Shown here: positions 55,701 to 61,700 of the stretch, one piece after another
How positions within the stretch are numbered: the stretch's first letter is position 1
Layout: the number at the start of each line of letters is the position of its first letter
DNA from: an uncultured candidatus Porisulfidus sp.
GTDB taxonomy: Bacteria; Pseudomonadota; Gammaproteobacteria; Poriferisulfidales; Oxydemutatoraceae
Assembly: GCA_965215125.1 (NCBI GenBank)
Contig: OZ244052.1
Location: forward strand, 1,888,001 to 1,952,000
Direction: 5' to 3'
DNA length: 64,000 nucleotides
Made by a program: the position numbers and the translations under genes
The notes under the pieces: model-generated
What the model was told of the DNA's origin: nothing
Database searches by the model: none
The model's input: only the letters and a program-made list of their open reading frames with translations

Positions 55701-58700
55701 TTGGTTGCCACCTTGCTCGATGGGCGTATCGAGGATAGCTATGCAGCCGTTGATATACGAAGTCAAAGTACGAACAATTTGATCTTTTCCTCTTCGGGGG
55801 TCGGTGGCTTGGTCGGCCGGAGTGAGTTTGGTGCCTCGATTAACAATAGTTATGCGATAGGTGATGTAATCAATGTCGGAGATGCTCGTATCGATCTCGT
55901 AGGCGGCTTGGTCGGAGATGCAGGCGGTTCGATATCAAATAGTTATGCAACCGGCAATGTGGATGTATCGAGCGGCTTGCAAAGCCTCAATACGGGCGGT
56001 TTGGTCGGACGCCTCAACGCGACGACCGTTGATAATAGTTATGCAAGCGGCGATGTAAAAGGATATAGAAATGTGGGCGGGTTGATCGGCTTGGTGAGAG
56101 ACTCTAATTCGGGCATCAATAATAGCTATGCCAACGGTGCGGTTAGCGGGGATGCGCGAATAGGTGGCTTGGTCGGTAATGCAAACGGTTCGATATCAGA
56201 CAGCTATGCAATCGGCAACCTGAGCGGGCGAGCGGATGTCGGTGGCTTTGCCGGTATCGGATCTGCATCATTGCAAAACAGTTATTGGGATACCGACCGT
56301 AGCGGTACAACAAGCAGTGTTGTTGCAAGAGGCTTTGCATCCGAAGTCCTTAAATCGGCAACTGCGCCAAGCATGACAGCAAACGGAGTGTATTACACCT
56401 GGAGTTCGGATAACTGGGATTTCGGTGTCGACACGCAGTATCCTGCCCTTAAATACAGAGACGCTAGTTGCGGAACTGCAACACCATCATCGAATTGCGG
56501 CGAGGTGTTGTTGCGTCAACGTCTCGGCTTGCGAGATATACGATTAAGCCAACTAGGTGCAACGAGGCAGGCACAAATTGTTCCGACCTTCGATGCAACG
56601 ATCGATAAGGAGGATCCCGATGCGACCGCGGTCAGAGACTATAGATTATATGTGGACAGCAATGCCCTCGAATTTGGAATTAACGCGGTTGCAAATAGCC
56701 GCGACAGCGTCATCGCCGTGGACGGCGGTCCGGTATCGGCAGGCACGGTAGATTATTCGCCTGCTCTGGACTTTTCTACCACGACGGTGGTGAAAATACT
56801 GGTGTCCGAACCGTACGAGATTGAAGGCAAGGAAAACCTCAAAGTTGAATATCGTTTAACGCTCAATGCTTTCCCGATGGTCGACGACATTCAATATCAA
56901 GCGGCACTAGATGAGCAATCGGCACCGCTAAATGCTTCGGTGCCGATAAGGGAAGGCCACTTTATAGTTTTGACTAGCCGGGTGTCGGATATCAACGGTA
57001 ACGATTTGAGCTACCGGTGGACGGTGGATAGAACTCAAGTATCACTTTTGGACGAATCTACGCTCGTCGGCACCGTCGTAGGCGGTTCGGGTAATATCAT
57101 TCTTCCGTTCTATTTGACCGATGATTTCGTCGCCGCAGATCGCTCTCAAGAGATGGTGCGTGTGTCGTTGACGGTTCAAGATTCCGAAGGCATCAGCATG
57201 ACCGAGGAACTGTCGTTGCCGGTGATGAAACACAACAACGGCACAATCGGTGGAATCAGCACACCTACGCAGATAGGCTTCACTTATACTGCCCCGACCG
57301 TCACTGCGACGCAGTTGGCCGAGGACCCCGACCGGGGAGGTGATATCGATAGCATCGGCTATCAATGGCAGCGGCAGTTGGATGGTGTTTGGTCGGATAT
57401 CGCCGGTGAGACCGATCCGAGGTATACCGTAAGCGGTTCTATTGCCGATTTCTATCGGGTGTTCATAGGCTATACCGACGGTCAAGGCTATAGAGTTGAG
57501 GTGCCGTCGGCACCGGCGCAAGCCTCGTCGGGTTTGTTGTTGAGAGCACTACCCGAAGCCGGTGCCGACGTAATAGGAAATCTTACTATCCGTTTCAGAG
57601 CGGAGAATTTAAGGGAAGCCGAAGGTGAAATGCGAGACGGTTTCTTCATAACTACGACAAAATATACCGTGCCTACCGAAACCGCCGACATCACGGTTAC
57701 AGCATTCGGCGGAGGCGAGGATATACGCGTAAACGATATGCCTATCGGAATTGACTCCGAGCGAACTCTTCCACTGGATTTCGGCAATAATGAGATTACC
57801 GTTCAATGGCGAGATGAAGAAGGAAGCATGGAGAGAACCTTTACGATAACCGTCCGCCGTGCATACGATACGACGCTACCGAGCTTGCGTATTGCATGGC
57901 AAGGGCAAACTGCGATAGATTTTACCGAAACACCGTCGCAGTCGGATACCGACTATGAATTATCGGAGTTCATCCCTAACAACATTCAAACCGTATCGGT
58001 GTTTGCACGGATATCCGAAGCGGTGAATATTGCCATTGATTTGAATGGAGACAATGTCGGCAATGTTAGCACGAGCACCTCGACCGAAGCCGGCGCGGTT
58101 GTGGCGCGAGCGACATTCGGCGGCTTAGTCTTGGGGGAGAATACTATTCGGTTTGTTATATCGTCTCCGGATGGACTGCAGAGCCAGGAATATACCGCAA
58201 CGGTTTGGCGCAGATATAATGCTCGACTGGAAGCCTTAAGTACGAGTGCTACGGAGGAGCAACTCTCGCCGCCATTTAGTTCCGGAACAACCGAATATTC
58301 GGCACGCACCGCCAACCACCGTGTATCCGAGCGGATCGATTTTAGCGGGGCGGCGGGAACAACAGTCGTCGTTAATAATGTAGCAAGAGGTTCCACATCT
58401 ACGCTACCTCTGCGCATAGGTGATAACACTGCCGAACTGATAGTGATGGCACCGCGTGAACGAGATACGACTTACACGGTTATCGTCCACCGTGAATATA
58501 GCCTGAATCTGCGCAGCCTAAGTTTGGCGAATGCAGTGGAATTAGTGCCGACACTTGTTCCTACGAGAGATAGATATATCACGGAAAATCGATATACCGC
58601 AACGGTTCCCGATACGACGACGCAAGTTACGGTGACATTCGCAACCGACCTAGGCATAAGGTCGCTTCTGAGTGCGCCCATCCGGCCGGTGATTACCGAG

Positions 58701-61700
58701 AATAATACGATACGCAACAACGATACCGACGATCGGATAGAGATCACCGCATCGGTGCCGTTGAAATTTGACGAAAATCCTATTTTGATCAGGACTTCGG
58801 CACTCGGAGAGCAGCGTGTTACCACGCTTACGGTCACCCGGCTCAGAGGTAAAAATCCCGATTTGCAGCCGCAGCCCGACGGTTTGGTTCCCGAGACGGC
58901 GGATTCTATAAGCTACGATGAAGACACTCGACGCTATACCATCGATGTACCTAATCGTATTGCCGACCTTCGGTTGACCTTGAGACCACAGGATCCGAAT
59001 GTCTCTAGTATTACTCTGGGCAATAGACAACTGGATTTGAGGGGGCTGAGAGACACCGGTTCGGTTGACGGAATTATTTCCGACTTGATAGAAGGCGGGG
59101 TGGTTGAAGTAGGACTGAAAATAATCGCACACAACGGGATCAATTCGCAGACCTATACGGTGAGAATCAATCGTGCATTGAGTAGCAACGACAACCTCGA
59201 TTATGTGCAACTTAGTCAATTTAATGAAGGACAAGACTCCGCCGCAGCTTCGTATCGGATAGACAGCGGACAGTTTATCGGAATCGGACTATTGTCGCAG
59301 CAGTCTGTTCGCAACGAAGTGGATAAAATCAAATTGCTGCCGATAACCGAGCATAGAGATGCGACCGTTAGGATTACCAAAGTCGGAGATACGCCCGAAG
59401 TCGTCTACCTCGACGCGAAGGGTAGCGGTAGCACGCCGAGCGACTTCATCAATCTGGACTTGGGACAAAACGATATTAAAATTAGAGTAACCGCACCCGA
59501 TAGAATAGAATCGACTACCTATACGCTGAGCATAACTCGCAACCTGAGCGACAATACCGAATTGGAAACAGCCCCGAGTGTTTCGGGTAATCCTGCGCAG
59601 TTGGTGCGGCGAGGCGTGTATATCGCCGAGCTTGCTAGAAATACGACGAGCTTTTCCGTAGAGGCGACGGCTTTACATCCGAGTGCGACGGTGACAATCA
59701 ACAGTATGGGTGGTGGCCGCACTGCAAGCCTAACGAACATTCCCATAAACGTCGATATGCCCGAGCAGGAGTTTACCATAGTTGTGCAGGCGCAAAACCG
59801 AATCACCACCCAGCCTTATGTCTTGACGGTAAGCCTCATTCGGAGTTCGGATGCGAGCTTGGCTTCGTTGCGTGTGTCCAATACCAGCCCGAGCAATATA
59901 GTGTTGCAAGATAACATAGATAAATACAACGCAACCCTAGCCGAGGATAGGTTTGTTACGACCGTGACCGCAGTTGCAACTGATCGATTTGCAACGGTGA
60001 AAATTATAGAAAACGGCATTACGATTATGTCGGGAGACCAAAATGTAAGCAGGAGGATTTTCATATTTGAAACCGGAAGCAGTAGAGATTTGCAGGTTGA
60101 AGTGACTGCGCAGGATATGACGACAAGAACTTATACCTTAACTATTACTCGTGCAGAAAGTAGCAATAACTGTTTGAGTGCTATAGCGATCCTGAACCGA
60201 GACGGCAATCAGTTGCGGAACAGGAACATTCGATGCGACGATACCAATCCATCTTTTGATATAGCCAATTCGGTGGCACAAATATTAGTCCGACCGACTG
60301 CCGAAGACCGCCGTGCAACTATCAAAGTACATGCGCCGGGCGACACCGTCGGCGAGCGGGTTCGAAGCGGCGCGAATAGCACTAGACCGATAACGGTGCC
60401 CGAAGGCGGCACAACGACGATTACGATTGTAGTGACCGCCCAAAACGACGAGACCCGACCTTATACCGTGGCAGTGAATCGTGCGGAAAGTTCGAATGCC
60501 GATTTAAGTGATTTGCAGTTGCTCGATATAAACAATGTGAATCTACTGCCGGACTTTGATCCTACGAGCGAAACACAAACCTATAGGCTTACGGTTCCTA
60601 ATACGACCACCGGCACCAGAGTGATTGCCGCAGCCCATCCAAAAGCAGGGATAAGGGTCGATATAGACGATGTAGATGCTATCGCCACCGGCACGATTAA
60701 CCGGGAGTTTGATTTGGAAGAGGTCGAAGTAGAAAAACGGATTCGTATTGTGGTTACTTCCCAAGACCGCAGTACCACCCGAGGCTATACCGTGTTCGTT
60801 AAGCGTGCCAGAGCCGATCGCAACAATGCAAACTTAGCAAGCATTGCGATTTCGTTGGATAACGACACGCCTCTCCTGACATTGACATCACCCGACGAAG
60901 GTACAAGCGCAACCTATTCGGCGCGTATCATGGGGACAGCCGAGCGTGAAATCCAGACTATAGAACAACTCATAGTATCGCCGCGTCCCGAAGACGGAGG
61001 TGCGACGATTAGTATAGACGGCGGCACGGTGGAATCTATGCCCGATAAGACGGTCATGCTCACTGCCCCATTGGATACACCGGAGGAGCCACCCATAGCC
61101 ATTAAAGTGATTGCCGATGATAAGACTACATCTGCGGTGTATAGCTTGCAAATAACCCGAGTGAGCAGTGCGGATGTGGGTTTTGCAACTGTCGTTGTCG
61201 GGGGTACTGAACTGGATATCGACGATCGTTCAACCCGATATACGGCAAGTATAGGAGAGCGTACGACGAATACCATCGTGTCCGTAAGAACAAGACATTC
61301 GCAGGCGACAATGGAAATCACTTTAGGCAGTGATACCGTTTCTACCGGAAATCGCGCGAGCAGACGTGTTGTTATCGACGATACCGGTGGTCGTGAAAGG
61401 CTGCAGATCAAAGTGATTGCCCAAAACCGTACGACGAGCCGAACTTATACCGTCAGAGTGGAGCGCGACCGCAGTAGCGATACGAGCTTGGCTTCGCTGA
61501 GCGCGGAGAATACTCGCGCAAGCGATTTAGAAGTGGTAGACAACAAAACCTTATATACTGCGACCTTAGCCGAGGATGTGGTGAGTACGACCGTGACTGC
61601 GGTTGCGAAAGATCGATTTGCAACGGTAAAAATTATAGAAAACGGCATTACGATTGCGTCGGGAAGCCGAGAGGTAGAAAGGAATATTTTCATACCCGAA

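Noticed and set aside
24345-56520. GLUG repeats as evidence for an M26/IgA1-type zinc protease
   Set aside because: I saw no HExxH catalytic domain in the windowed part; GLUG repeats alone are structural. The unseen C-terminus could change this.
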